Notes: a model not told the origin generated them from the sequence alone. Counted from the stretch's first letter, positions 8,344 through 17,115 are shown. The stretch: 20,000 nucleotides of DNA from an uncultured virus (IMG/VR IMGVR_UViG_3300042013_000063) (IMGVR_UViG_3300042013_000063); one strand, 5' to 3'. Translations and numbers: made by a program.

Positions 8344-9237
8344 ATGTCTCGTGTTCTTGATTTCCTGCGTAGCATCACTCCAACCTTCACCAAGGATGAA
8401 GTGAAAGAGAAACTGCGCCTCATCGCCCAGGCTCTCCAAAAGACCATCCAGGTGTACCTGTCCGCTGTCGATGTATTCAACGGCGGTTACAAGTCCAAGG
8501 CCGGTCAGGACTTTGAAAGTTCGTTCAAGCGTCAAGTGCGCACCAACTATCGGGGCAACCCGATTCAGGTGATCCAGCAAGTGCTTCAGAACATCAGTTC
8601 GTTGGGCGATCTGCTCTCCGGTCTGGTCGAGAAGAACTACAACAAGGACGTCACGGTCGAAGGCTTGACCTACAAGCGTGCTGAGATCCTCCGTACGCTC
8701 GGGTTCATGGACTTCACCACCACGTACGCCCGCCAGCTGTTGCACTACCTCTTGGCTTCCCAGGCGAACGTACAGGCCAAGACTCTTCCTGCCGGTCAGG
8801 AGATTCCGAAACCTGAGATCGAATGGCTGAGTCAGAACCAGCAAGCGTTCTTCACCCTGTTGATTACCTTCGCGCTGCCAGCCAATGAGATCCTGAAGAA
8901 GATCGATGCGATTCCAGACATCGGTGTTGGTGACAATGATGAAGTCACCATTCACCCGACCGTCGGCATCGGTCGTCTTGATCCGCTGAAGAACAACTTC
9001 ATCCCGCACATCACCCCAATGTTCATGAACATCGGTATTTGGTGGGCTCAGCGTCAGACCGCTCGTTACGAGCGCATGGTCGAAGACGTCCGGGTGATCG
9101 AATACCGTATCGAACAACTGCGCCTGCAAGCTGCGGGCAAAGAGGACGCTCAACTCGAGCGGAGCATCGCCAAGTACGAAGAGTACCTGGCTGACCTCGC
9201 CGAGAAGATCGCTAAGGCGGAGAAGAAATGGAAATGA
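8344..9237 (+). CDS. abundant head/inner-body protein (phiKZ gp90-like)
   Basis: 297 aa with an AAAGGA RBS. It is largely helical with a C-terminal coiled-coil pattern (IEYRIEQLRLQ...LADLAEKIAKAEKK). Size and position match. Confidence 0.7.
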   Translation: MSRVLDFLRSITPTFTKDEVKEKLRLIAQALQKTIQVYLSAVDVFNGGYKSKAGQDFESSFKRQVRTNYRGNPIQVIQQVLQNISSLGDLLSGLVEKNYNKDVTVEGLTYKRAEILRTLGFMDFTTTYARQLLHYLLASQANVQAKTLPAGQEIPKPEIEWLSQNQQAFFTLLITFALPANEILKKIDAIPDIGVGDNDEVTIHPTVGIGRLDPLKNNFIPHITPMFMNIGIWWAQRQTARYERMVEDVRVIEYRIEQLRLQAAGKEDAQLERSIAKYEEYLADLAEKIAKAEKKWK

Positions 9238-9758
9238 AGGATATCAGAACTCATCGCGGGTTCTTGGTCCAGCGGAATGCCACTCAACCTGGCTACCTGT
9301 CGAACCAAGTATTCGACGATATGTTCGAGCACTTCCGGACGCACGCCAACTCTCATGAAGACTTCGAGTTTATCAAAAGCGTAGTCACTCATGCCAAGAC
9401 GTTGCTGTTTCCAAAAGGTCAAAACCTTCTGAAAAACCAACTGTGGAACCCAAGCTCCAACTGGGTGCTGTCCTTCGTTGGTTCAACCTTGGACTTCGTA
9501 AATGGTTCGCATCGAGTGATCTCGGTGTCCAACTATCAAGATCTCCTGGCTTTCCATCCTACGGCTAATACCCAGTTCGATGTGGCGGCAAACCGCGACA
9601 AGCTCCGTCAGTGGGATGAGATCCTCAAGCTCCAACCCGAGGAATTCATATCCCTATGGTTGAGTCGCGAAGCCGGACTGCATGACTTGGTCAGCACGTT
9701 GTACCTGGTTGGTGGGGTCCTTCCTAAAGAATGGCAAGATCACCCCGTCGCCATGTAA
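9228..9758 (+). CDS. small virion/minor head protein (phiKZ gp91-like by synteny)
   Basis: 176-aa ORF overlapping the upstream stop. GGAG at 9219-9222 supports the start; an alternative start at 9234 gives an ATGA overlap. Confidence 0.62.
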   Translation: MEMKDIRTHRGFLVQRNATQPGYLSNQVFDDMFEHFRTHANSHEDFEFIKSVVTHAKTLLFPKGQNLLKNQLWNPSSNWVLSFVGSTLDFVNGSHRVISVSNYQDLLAFHPTANTQFDVAANRDKLRQWDEILKLQPEEFISLWLSREAGLHDLVSTLYLVGGVLPKEWQDHPVAM

Positions 9759-9775
9759 CACTGCGGTTCTAAATT

Positions 9776-9837
9776 ACACCTATGGTGTGCAGGAGATTTG
9801 GCGCTAACGTTTGTTAGTATTCGTGGTGCCAAATCTC
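9776..9837 (+). promoter_or_regulatory. candidate late promoter (TATG) plus structured 5' leader
   Basis: TATG at 9781-9784 lies within ACACC-TAT-GGTGT. It is followed by a 10-bp stem GAGATTTGGC/GCCAAATCTC (9793-9802/9828-9837) enclosing an inner stem GCTAAC/GTTAGT. Confidence 0.5.
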
Positions 9838-9882
9838 TATCAACGTTGAGTCAAATTTAAAATCCGATCGGAGTAACAAACG

Positions 9883-11160
9883 ATGCGTACTAGCATTCTT
9901 CAAACCGCCCTGGCCGTCTCTTTGGAAGACCTGAGCGAAACCACCCAGGAAATCAACCCGCTGACCGCTGAAACGGTTATCGAGCTGGACGAAGTCCTGG
10001 AAGAAGTCCGCGAATCCGGCGAAGAAGTATCTGGCCAGGAAGAAGCTGTCGACACCCTGAGCGACGCTGTTGATTCCCTGGAATCGCTGGTAGTTGCCCT
10101 GGAAAGCGCTGTTAAAGCTGGCGGCATGAGCCCTCAGACTGCGGACGTGCATTCCCGTGCCATGGCCATCGCCCTGCGCAAGCTGCCGGTGAACAAAGCT
10201 GACTTCGTTCTGTCGACCGAATCCTTCGGCGGTACTGGCGACAAGCTGGTTGCTTCGCAAGAAGCTCTGGAAGGCGCCAAAGAGCTGCTGACCAAACTGT
10301 GGAACGGCATCAAGACCGCCGTGCTGAACGCTTGGAACGCCATCAAAGGCTTCTACGAGCGTATCGGCAAGTCCGGTCCTGCTGTTGTTGCTGCTGGTAA
10401 ATCCCTGAAGCAGAAAGCTGGCGCTGCCAAAGAGCTGAAACAGGGCTTCACCGTAAGCCAAGCCACCGCTGACGGCCTGTCCGTTGCCGGCGTGTTTGAT
10501 CCGACCAAAGCTCTGGCCAATATCGTCCAAGGCTTCGAAGTCGGCGTTAAAGGCTACGGCGCTCGCATGCTGTCCGCCCTGAGCCCACTGATCGCTGTTG
10601 TTGAAAGCGGCCAGGTTTCCCCTCAGCGTCTGAACGAAGCTGCTGCCAAGGTCGATGCTGATGCATGCCTGACCGAAGACATGAAAGGCAAACTGCCTGG
10701 CGGTTACTTCTTCGACCTGAACGTCGGCGAAGGCGAAGGCCTGACCATGTTGTCGAAAACCAGCCTCAAGCTGTCGAAAGAAGCTGGCAAGAAGCAAGAC
10801 AAGCTGCAAGTCAACGCCACTGTTGCTGATATCAGCGCCATGGCTGACAAAGTCGTTGCTATCGGCCAAAGCCTGATCGCTTCCAAAGCCGTGCTGACCG
10901 CCGCTGAGAAAGGCGTCAATCAGATCGTTAAAGCCGGTTCCAAACTGGCTGGTGCCGGCGGTACGCTGGACAAAGACGAACTGGCTGGTGCTCGTTCCGT
11001 AATGGGTCAGCTGAACAAGGCCTCGCGCCTGCTGACCGGCTGCGGCCCTCAGTATCTCCAGTACATGGGTCAGACCGCCAAGCAAGCAGTTGCTTACGGT
11101 TCGTCCATCCTGGGCGGCAAACCTGCCGCTGAGCCTGCCGCTGCTGCCGCTACCGCGTAA
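9883..11160 (+). CDS. major internal head (inner body/ejection) protein, phiKZ gp93 paralogue family
   Basis: 425 aa with a GGAG RBS and the most extreme codon bias in the window by eye. The acidic ~130-aa propeptide has SLE, SGE, SLE, ALE, STE, SQE and ALE, followed by GAKELLTKLWNGIKTAVLNAWNAIKGFY. Confidence 0.8.
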   Translation: MRTSILQTALAVSLEDLSETTQEINPLTAETVIELDEVLEEVRESGEEVSGQEEAVDTLSDAVDSLESLVVALESAVKAGGMSPQTADVHSRAMAIALRKLPVNKADFVLSTESFGGTGDKLVASQEALEGAKELLTKLWNGIKTAVLNAWNAIKGFYERIGKSGPAVVAAGKSLKQKAGAAKELKQGFTVSQATADGLSVAGVFDPTKALANIVQGFEVGVKGYGARMLSALSPLIAVVESGQVSPQRLNEAAAKVDADACLTEDMKGKLPGGYFFDLNVGEGEGLTMLSKTSLKLSKEAGKKQDKLQVNATVADISAMADKVVAIGQSLIASKAVLTAAEKGVNQIVKAGSKLAGAGGTLDKDELAGARSVMGQLNKASRLLTGCGPQYLQYMGQTAKQAVAYGSSILGGKPAAEPAAAAATA

Positions 11161-11177
11161 GCAGTCTTGACAGACGG

Positions 11178-11211
11178 ACATCAGCCCGGTGAAAGCCGGG
11201 CTGATGTTTTT
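11178..11211 (+). terminator. intrinsic-type terminator
   Basis: ACATCAGCCCGGT-GAAA-GCCGGGCTGATGT forms 12 bp plus a G.U closing pair with a GAAA loop, and runs into TTTTTATGTCG. Confidence 0.85.
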
Positions 11212-11258
11212 ATGTCGGGAATGGTATGTAAATACACGGCAAACAAGAGTGATCGTCT

Positions 11259-12533
11259 ATGTCAATCAAAGAAGATCTGTGCGATGTAGGCCATACAGAG
11301 AGCGACGATTTCATTGGGCTGCTTGACAGTCAGAGGAGCGTTGCGTCTGACCAAGAGCAGCTTGAACACCTGCTCGGCGTGAGCTCCAGCCTTGAAGCCA
11401 TGATCCAGCACCTCGACAGAACTCCTGTCGTAAGCGTGGAACATGCTGAGTCGATTCGACTCTCCTGCGAAAGCCTGTTGCTCGGTACTGGTTATGACTA
11501 CTCTGTCCTGGTACCTGCATTAGAAAGTTACGCTGGGGGCACTGTCTCCACAGAGAGCTTGAAGGATCGCCTTCAGAGTCTCTGGAAGCGCATCGTCAGT
11601 ATCATCCTCGCTATCCTTGAGGGCATGAAGCGTTACTGGGCTAAGGTGGCTACCTACGAAGGTCGGCTGCGTACCAACGCTACGATGTTGCAGAAAATGG
11701 GCGCCATGAAGAAAGGTGTCACGGTCAAGAATATCACTGTGGAATTGGGCATCGAAGCGAAAGCTCTGTTGATTGGCTCACGTCCTATTACTGACCCTGA
11801 CACTTTGATCCGTGCGATCTCCGCTGCGACCGATCAGTACAAGGTCGTGACCTCGGCTTATCCGAAGGCCATGCTTGCTGTTGGTACTGTTTATGAAGGT
11901 CTGTATAAGCGTGGAGGCGACAACGTTCGTCAGACGCTGGAAGACTTCGTGAGCGCTACCATCAACCTGCCATTCCACACCCTTGCTACCTCGTTACGTG
12001 CATTGACGTACCGCGATCCTCGCTTCGGTCCTAAACAGATCCTGGCTGCTCCACCTATCTTGGGTGGTTGGACACTGTACATCAGTCCGCCTCCAGAACC
12101 GACAACAGGGTTGGTAGGTAATGAGCTGATTAGCCACGCGGCTCGCATCCGTGCCTCTGGCTTGAGGTTCGCGCTGTCTGAAGTCAACATGAACACGTAC
12201 AACTCGGCCACTGCCCGTACCGCTTCAGGTGCTCAGGTGGAACAGTTGGCCTCTCGAGTGCTGGGCATCCTTGATGTCATCAAGACTCAAGAAGCCAGCC
12301 GTCAAGTTGGTAAGCTCTCTGCCCAGATCAAAGCAGTATTGTCTGCTGCTGAAGGGTACAAGGGTCAGTCTCATGTCGGCGGTGACGGTACGCTGGTATA
12401 TTCTGAAAGCATTCTGCGATTCGCTCGCAGCTATTCGGGATGGGCAGTTGGCCCGGTTGACCAAATGACCACGAACCTCTTGACTGTAGCTCGGGCTATC
12501 CTGATCTACGGCAGAAAGTCTCTCAACAATTAA
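11259..12533 (+). CDS. internal head protein paralogue (phiKZ gp93-97 family-like)
   Basis: 424 aa. SLE, SVE, SCE, ALE and STE occur in the first 99 aa, followed by SLKDRLQSLWKRIVSIILAILEGMKRYW. An internal ILGGWTLY segment parallels LPGGYFF and LAGGVTY in the neighbouring genes. Confidence 0.75.
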   Translation: MSIKEDLCDVGHTESDDFIGLLDSQRSVASDQEQLEHLLGVSSSLEAMIQHLDRTPVVSVEHAESIRLSCESLLLGTGYDYSVLVPALESYAGGTVSTESLKDRLQSLWKRIVSIILAILEGMKRYWAKVATYEGRLRTNATMLQKMGAMKKGVTVKNITVELGIEAKALLIGSRPITDPDTLIRAISAATDQYKVVTSAYPKAMLAVGTVYEGLYKRGGDNVRQTLEDFVSATINLPFHTLATSLRALTYRDPRFGPKQILAAPPILGGWTLYISPPPEPTTGLVGNELISHAARIRASGLRFALSEVNMNTYNSATARTASGAQVEQLASRVLGILDVIKTQEASRQVGKLSAQIKAVLSAAEGYKGQSHVGGDGTLVYSESILRFARSYSGWAVGPVDQMTTNLLTVARAILIYGRKSLNN

Positions 12534-12548
12534 CGACGGGTGAAAACG

Positions 12549-13985
12549 ATGTCGAGGACGACTAACGCACTGAAGCTCGCTATGGAAGGTTTGTCTTCCG
12601 ATGAAGCGGGTAGTCTTGAAACCAGCGCCATTGGTGGCGAAGATAACGCCAGCGCTGTTGAGGGTATTACTCCCCCGGTAACCGACGTGGCTTCGTTGCT
12701 GATCGAAGCCACTGCTCAGTTGGAGTCTCACTACGAGGCTTCTGACGAAGTCTTTACTCAGGCCGATCAACTGCGCGATTACGTCGAGCAGAACGAAGCC
12801 GCTCACGGCGTACTGCGTGAAGAGCTCAAAGACCTGCGTAACACTATGTCGGCCGTGACTGGCTCGATGGAAATGCTGTCGGTGATGACCTCGCTGGAAA
12901 GCATTGAACCTCAAGCCGTCATGATGATGAACGCTGCTCTGGAATCCCTGGGTCGTGACATCAGCATCCCAATGCCGAGCCTCGAGTCCCTCGACGGCAA
13001 GATCACTGACGCGTCGATGGAAGGTCTGTTGGACTTCCTGAAAGCCGGTGCTGCCAAGGTGAAGAACTGGTTCAAGACCTTGTTCGACAACATGGCTCTG
13101 AACGGCATGCGTAGCCAGAAGTCGTACGCGACCTTCGAAGCACGTATCAAGCGCCTGCAAGGGATCATCGACAAGCTGCCTTCTGAGATCAACCTGCAAC
13201 CAGGTGTGATTAACTACCAGGACCTGTACATCTACAGCCTGTATCAAGACGGTAAGCCGATCGACTTCACCAAAGAAGGTCTGTCGGCTGCCATCAAGGC
13301 TGCCGGTGCTATCGGCGCAATGGGCATCAACGAGAACGCCAAAGAACACTTGGCCAACATCAAGGTGATCAACAGTACGCTCCCAAGCCTGCTGATGAAC
13401 ATCGGTGATGACGGCGGTGAGAAGGCGTGCCGTGACATGGTCGGCAAACTGGCCCTGACTCCTACGCTGCCTAAAGTGCTGGCGTACGGTACTGAGTTGG
13501 CTGGCGGTGTGACTTACCGTGAAGCCCAATACCGTCCATCCGTCCGTGTCGCTTCGTGGGCACAGATCATGGTGGAGATGGTTGAGAAAGGTCGTACCAA
13601 CTGCCAACTGCGCCGCACGGGTCGTCAAGTGATCCAATCGCTGGACGTGGGTTCGATGCAAGCGATCCTCGACGAGATGATCGACTACATCAGCGGTCGC
13701 TACGACCGTTACGAGAACTACTGGGGTGAACTGGTTGAAGCCTACAATGACTCCGTGTCGGCTTACAACAAGACCTTGGGTCTGGCGCAAGGCACTGACC
13801 ACAGCGAACTGACCAGCGAAGTCTGGAAAGCCATCGACTTAGCCAGTTACGTCATGATCGACCTGTTCAACGTCATCACCACCGAAACCATGAACGTCGG
13901 CATCCCTGCCGGTCGTCTCATCGACAGCGTCCTGTACGTGATCGAAGAGCAAGTGGGTCGCTACGTGAAGATGTCGCGCGGTTAA
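12549..13985 (+). CDS. internal head protein paralogue (phiKZ gp93-97 family-like)
   Basis: Start is probably ATG 12549 (GGGTGA upstream), with GTG 12540 as an alternative. The acidic N-terminus has AME, SLE, SME, SLE, SIE, ALE, SLE and SME, followed by GLLDFLKAGAAKVKNWFKTLF. Confidence 0.75.
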   Translation: MSRTTNALKLAMEGLSSDEAGSLETSAIGGEDNASAVEGITPPVTDVASLLIEATAQLESHYEASDEVFTQADQLRDYVEQNEAAHGVLREELKDLRNTMSAVTGSMEMLSVMTSLESIEPQAVMMMNAALESLGRDISIPMPSLESLDGKITDASMEGLLDFLKAGAAKVKNWFKTLFDNMALNGMRSQKSYATFEARIKRLQGIIDKLPSEINLQPGVINYQDLYIYSLYQDGKPIDFTKEGLSAAIKAAGAIGAMGINENAKEHLANIKVINSTLPSLLMNIGDDGGEKACRDMVGKLALTPTLPKVLAYGTELAGGVTYREAQYRPSVRVASWAQIMVEMVEKGRTNCQLRRTGRQVIQSLDVGSMQAILDEMIDYISGRYDRYENYWGELVEAYNDSVSAYNKTLGLAQGTDHSELTSEVWKAIDLASYVMIDLFNVITTETMNVGIPAGRLIDSVLYVIEEQVGRYVKMSRG

Positions 13986-13991
13986 CCGACG

Positions 13992-14025
13992 GCATACGGG
14001 GAGGGCACTCGCCCTCCCCGTATGC
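13992..14025 (+). terminator. intergenic stem-loop
   Basis: GCATACGGGGAGGGC-ACTC-GCCCTCCCCGTATGC is a perfect 15-bp stem, followed by ACTCTATGCCGATTTTATG. Confidence 0.8.
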
Positions 14026-14081
14026 ACTCTATGCCGATTTTATGAATAGAGATTACTACTACCTGACCACGGGTACTCCCA

Positions 14082-15731
14082 ATGCCAAACCTTCTTATCC
14101 CCATCAAGCAGACGAACGACTCTGTCTCGCGACGGGTCTACAAGTCTGTCATTGACAATGTGATCCGCATTACCGGCATGGACGTTGATCGTGTCGAACT
14201 GCGTGGTGACTTGGCAGTGGCTACACAACCCGGTGGTGAACTGGGTGACAAAGGTAAGACCAACCGTTACCAGCACGAAGGTCGTGTCATTGTAACCGGT
14301 CGTGAGACTTACCGCGATTCCGAAGTAATCAACGCTGCAACCCGCCATCCCGACGCTCAGCCGATCTTTGAAGATCAGACATTGGGTATCCACATCAAAC
14401 CGATCTACAGCTACACCGATGTGGAATTGGTCTTCCTCTACCGGGCGAAGTCCAAGCAGGAAGCGATGGTGTGGCGTGACGACATCAAGATCCGTCTGGC
14501 CGATAACCGTCAGCAACACTTGCACGAACTGGAGTACCACTATCCTGTCCCTGCCTGGTGCTCGGTCTTCCTCAAGGAAGTCTTCGAGAAACGTGAGGCC
14601 GTAGGCGGCTATGGCGACACGTTAGGCGATTACCTGCGTAACCACTACACCAAACGCGCAACGGTCGTTGTAGCGCAAGATGGCGACCTTAAGAAGTCCC
14701 TTCTGGTGATTGCTGAGAAGCAGATTGGTGTGCAGGGTTGGTTTGACTTCATCGAACCTGTCGAAGAAGAAAAGAACGAAGACGGTCCAACGTACAACGT
14801 ACAGTTCTCGTACAAGTTCAACTACAAGAAACCGCTGGAAGTGAACGCGCAATATCCGTTGGTAATCCACAACCAATTGATCGACGCCAAGTTCATCCCT
14901 AAGCCGTTTCATGAAGACCCGGACAAGAAGCTCTCCTATCGGGGCGACTTCAAGTTTGCGTTGGACACGTTCGACTATGCCGTGCGTCAACCGGCTCGTC
15001 CGATCGGCGGGATCATGATCCCTGACTTCGACGAATGGATTCCTGAACAGGTACCCAATTACACCACCACCTTCATCAGTTGGATGACCGTGATTGAACC
15101 GAAGGACTTGCAGTTGTTCTTTGGTGAACAGGATGTGTTGGACACTGGGTTCCACCCAAGTATCTTGGCGTACATGCGTCGTAATGTGAAGAACCTCGGT
15201 CGTAAAGGTGCGTGTGCGTTGTACTTTACCTTGTACCGGGACGGGGCACCGATTGCCGATGGCGATCTGGAGTTCACACTGACCGAGAAAGCGTTCACCA
15301 TCCGTTCGATTTCGATGCCTGACATTCGTCAGCGGTATCACTTGCGGTTGAGCTTCTGCACCAACGGCAGTCTCTACCCAGAAGCCGCCATGGATGAACT
15401 GCACACCGATGGCATGACCGCTTTGCGGATGTTCCACACCGTGGTGAATAAGTTGGATGTGGAGTTTGCTCAGACCAACCACATGTCCGAGGAAGGCGAA
15501 CTGTCGGTCCCGTACATCAAGTGGTTCTTCAAGATGCTGCGTGATCAAAACACGGGCTGGATTCCAGGCTCTGATGGCGATGGTCACAACAACGACCGCA
15601 TCGACGATAAGACATGGTTAGACAATGACACCTCGTTCCATGGAGCGATGGATGTCCCGTACGTTGAGATCCTCACGATCTTGGCCGGCAAACGATCAGG
15701 AGTGTCGAAAGATGCCAGTACCAACAATTAA
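14082..15731 (+). CDS. virion structural protein, possible neck/tail-completion protein (phiKZ gp98-like by synteny)
   Basis: 549-aa ORF with typical codon usage and no SxE propeptide. The role is inferred from position upstream of the neck-like gene. Confidence 0.6.
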   Translation: MPNLLIPIKQTNDSVSRRVYKSVIDNVIRITGMDVDRVELRGDLAVATQPGGELGDKGKTNRYQHEGRVIVTGRETYRDSEVINAATRHPDAQPIFEDQTLGIHIKPIYSYTDVELVFLYRAKSKQEAMVWRDDIKIRLADNRQQHLHELEYHYPVPAWCSVFLKEVFEKREAVGGYGDTLGDYLRNHYTKRATVVVAQDGDLKKSLLVIAEKQIGVQGWFDFIEPVEEEKNEDGPTYNVQFSYKFNYKKPLEVNAQYPLVIHNQLIDAKFIPKPFHEDPDKKLSYRGDFKFALDTFDYAVRQPARPIGGIMIPDFDEWIPEQVPNYTTTFISWMTVIEPKDLQLFFGEQDVLDTGFHPSILAYMRRNVKNLGRKGACALYFTLYRDGAPIADGDLEFTLTEKAFTIRSISMPDIRQRYHLRLSFCTNGSLYPEAAMDELHTDGMTALRMFHTVVNKLDVEFAQTNHMSEEGELSVPYIKWFFKMLRDQNTGWIPGSDGDGHNNDRIDDKTWLDNDTSFHGAMDVPYVEILTILAGKRSGVSKDASTNN

Positions 15732-17115
15732 GAACCGTGAGGAGTTCGAAGCTCCTCCCAAACAACCCGAGGTGCAGATCTCGCCTCCGGGTTGGAAAGG
15801 GGCTACGGTTGATACCAAGCTGATCAACTACGATCGGATCACCACGTACATCGCTGGTCAAGCCTGGGACGTAGACTACTACAACCAGAAGGGCGGGCGT
15901 GACGATCAGATCCAAGGCTTCCAACGGGATCTGTCTGGCGTCTATCAGCCGTACAAGTTGATCAAGGGGTTCGAGCTCAAGGTGTCCGATGCCCTGAGTA
16001 AAGGGACGAACAATGAGACGAAGGACATCATCCTCACCGGTGCGTCGATCGTTTACGGTATCCCTGGACTGATCCCTAAAGAGGGCGATGTGTTCGTAGC
16101 GGACATTGGTGACGGCCGTGAAGGCATGTTCCAAGTCACTGGCTCTGAACGCATGAGCCACTACGAGACAGCTCCGCACAAGATCGAATACTCGTTGATG
16201 TACCTGACGAGTGAAGAGGTCATGGCGGACCTTAACGGTAAAGTCGTTGAGACCACCTTCTTCAAGAAGGACTGGATGCAGTCGGGTCTGGAACCGCTGG
16301 TACACTCTGATTCGGTTGAGACGATCAACCAGTTGGCCGTGCACTATTCGCGCCTGGTGTCGATGTACTTCAATGACTTTTATTCCCGGACCTATAAATC
16401 TCTATTAGTACCTAATCAACAAACCATCACTTACGACCCGTTCGTTGTGCGGTTTTTGAAGACGTTGCTGAGCACTGATGAGCATCCAATGATCCGTCAC
16501 ATCGTTGAGTTCAACGTCAGTGAAGATCAGGCGATGTACGAGTTCACTTTATGGCACTGCTTGGCTGGCATGGATTACTCCTTGCTGCCCATGTGCGTTC
16601 ATGAAGCGGGTATCGTGGATGTCGAGCACTTCTACAGTCGTCCCTTGTTCAACAGCGTCTACTACTCTGGCGTGAAGTCGGTGATCTACCCCGACCAAGA
16701 CCAGACTAACGTTGATGCTGGGTACAACTACAAGGACAGCCCTGCGCTGAACCACGTCAAACGTGGCCGTGCACGCTTCAATGAACTTGACCGGTTGATC
16801 CAATCCAATACGTTGGCCATGGACCCGACCCAAGAGATCTACGAAGTGATCGGGAACACAGCGTCGCCAGCTATCCGTCGTGTCACCGTGGACAACTACT
16901 ACGTGCTCTCTGAGGCGTTTTATCGTCATACGGGACGTGAGGTACTGTCGAAGCTGGAAGTGCTCACCTTGGCGGCTCTGAAGGGCGAGGCGATCGATAT
17001 CAAGATGCTCGAGAAGTTGTGCGAAGGGGCAAAGTACTGGGATAACGTGGAACGGTTCTATTACTTCCCGATCCTCTTTACTCTGCTGCGGGTCTATCCA
17101 CGGAGAATCAAGTAA
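15712..17115 (+). CDS. virion structural protein, probable neck/head-closure protein (T4 gp14-like motif; phiKZ gp99-like)
   Basis: ATG 15712 (MPVPTIK) has AGGAG at 15698-15702, so it is preferred to the ORF-track start at 15625. PKEGDVFVADIGDGREGMFQVT resembles the PxEGDxxx motif of gp14-type neck proteins. Confidence 0.65.
   Translation: MPVPTIKNREEFEAPPKQPEVQISPPGWKGATVDTKLINYDRITTYIAGQAWDVDYYNQKGGRDDQIQGFQRDLSGVYQPYKLIKGFELKVSDALSKGTNNETKDIILTGASIVYGIPGLIPKEGDVFVADIGDGREGMFQVTGSERMSHYETAPHKIEYSLMYLTSEEVMADLNGKVVETTFFKKDWMQSGLEPLVHSDSVETINQLAVHYSRLVSMYFNDFYSRTYKSLLVPNQQTITYDPFVVRFLKTLLSTDEHPMIRHIVEFNVSEDQAMYEFTLWHCLAGMDYSLLPMCVHEAGIVDVEHFYSRPLFNSVYYSGVKSVIYPDQDQTNVDAGYNYKDSPALNHVKRGRARFNELDRLIQSNTLAMDPTQEIYEVIGNTASPAIRRVTVDNYYVLSEAFYRHTGREVLSKLEVLTLAALKGEAIDIKMLEKLCEGAKYWDNVERFYYFPILFTLLRVYPRRIK

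Noticed and set aside
8314..8346. Possible stop read-through fusing the in-frame gp89-like and gp90-like genes
   Set aside because: There is a second in-frame TAA at 8329-8331, and the downstream gene has its own strong RBS.
7033..9153. 706-aa antisense ORF spanning two inner-body genes
   Set aside because: It mirrors the codon frame of two in-frame, strongly biased sense genes that avoid TTA/CTA/TCA, so antisense stops are scarce. It has no convincing RBS and an unnatural composition.
12531..12551. In-frame junction of two paralogues separated by a single TAA (possible read-through or split gene)
   Set aside because: Each ORF has its own complete propeptide and helix, TAA is an efficient stop, and in-frame adjacency occurs one time in three by chance.
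9814..13802. Long antisense ORFs 9814-11181 (455 aa) and 12225-13802 (525 aa)
   Set aside because: Same codon-bias shadow effect, opposite well-supported genes.
1390..14025. Hairpins as CRISPR repeats, REP elements or transposon ends
   Set aside because: The stem sequences differ from each other, occur singly just after stop codons, and have no spacers, cas genes or transposase nearby.
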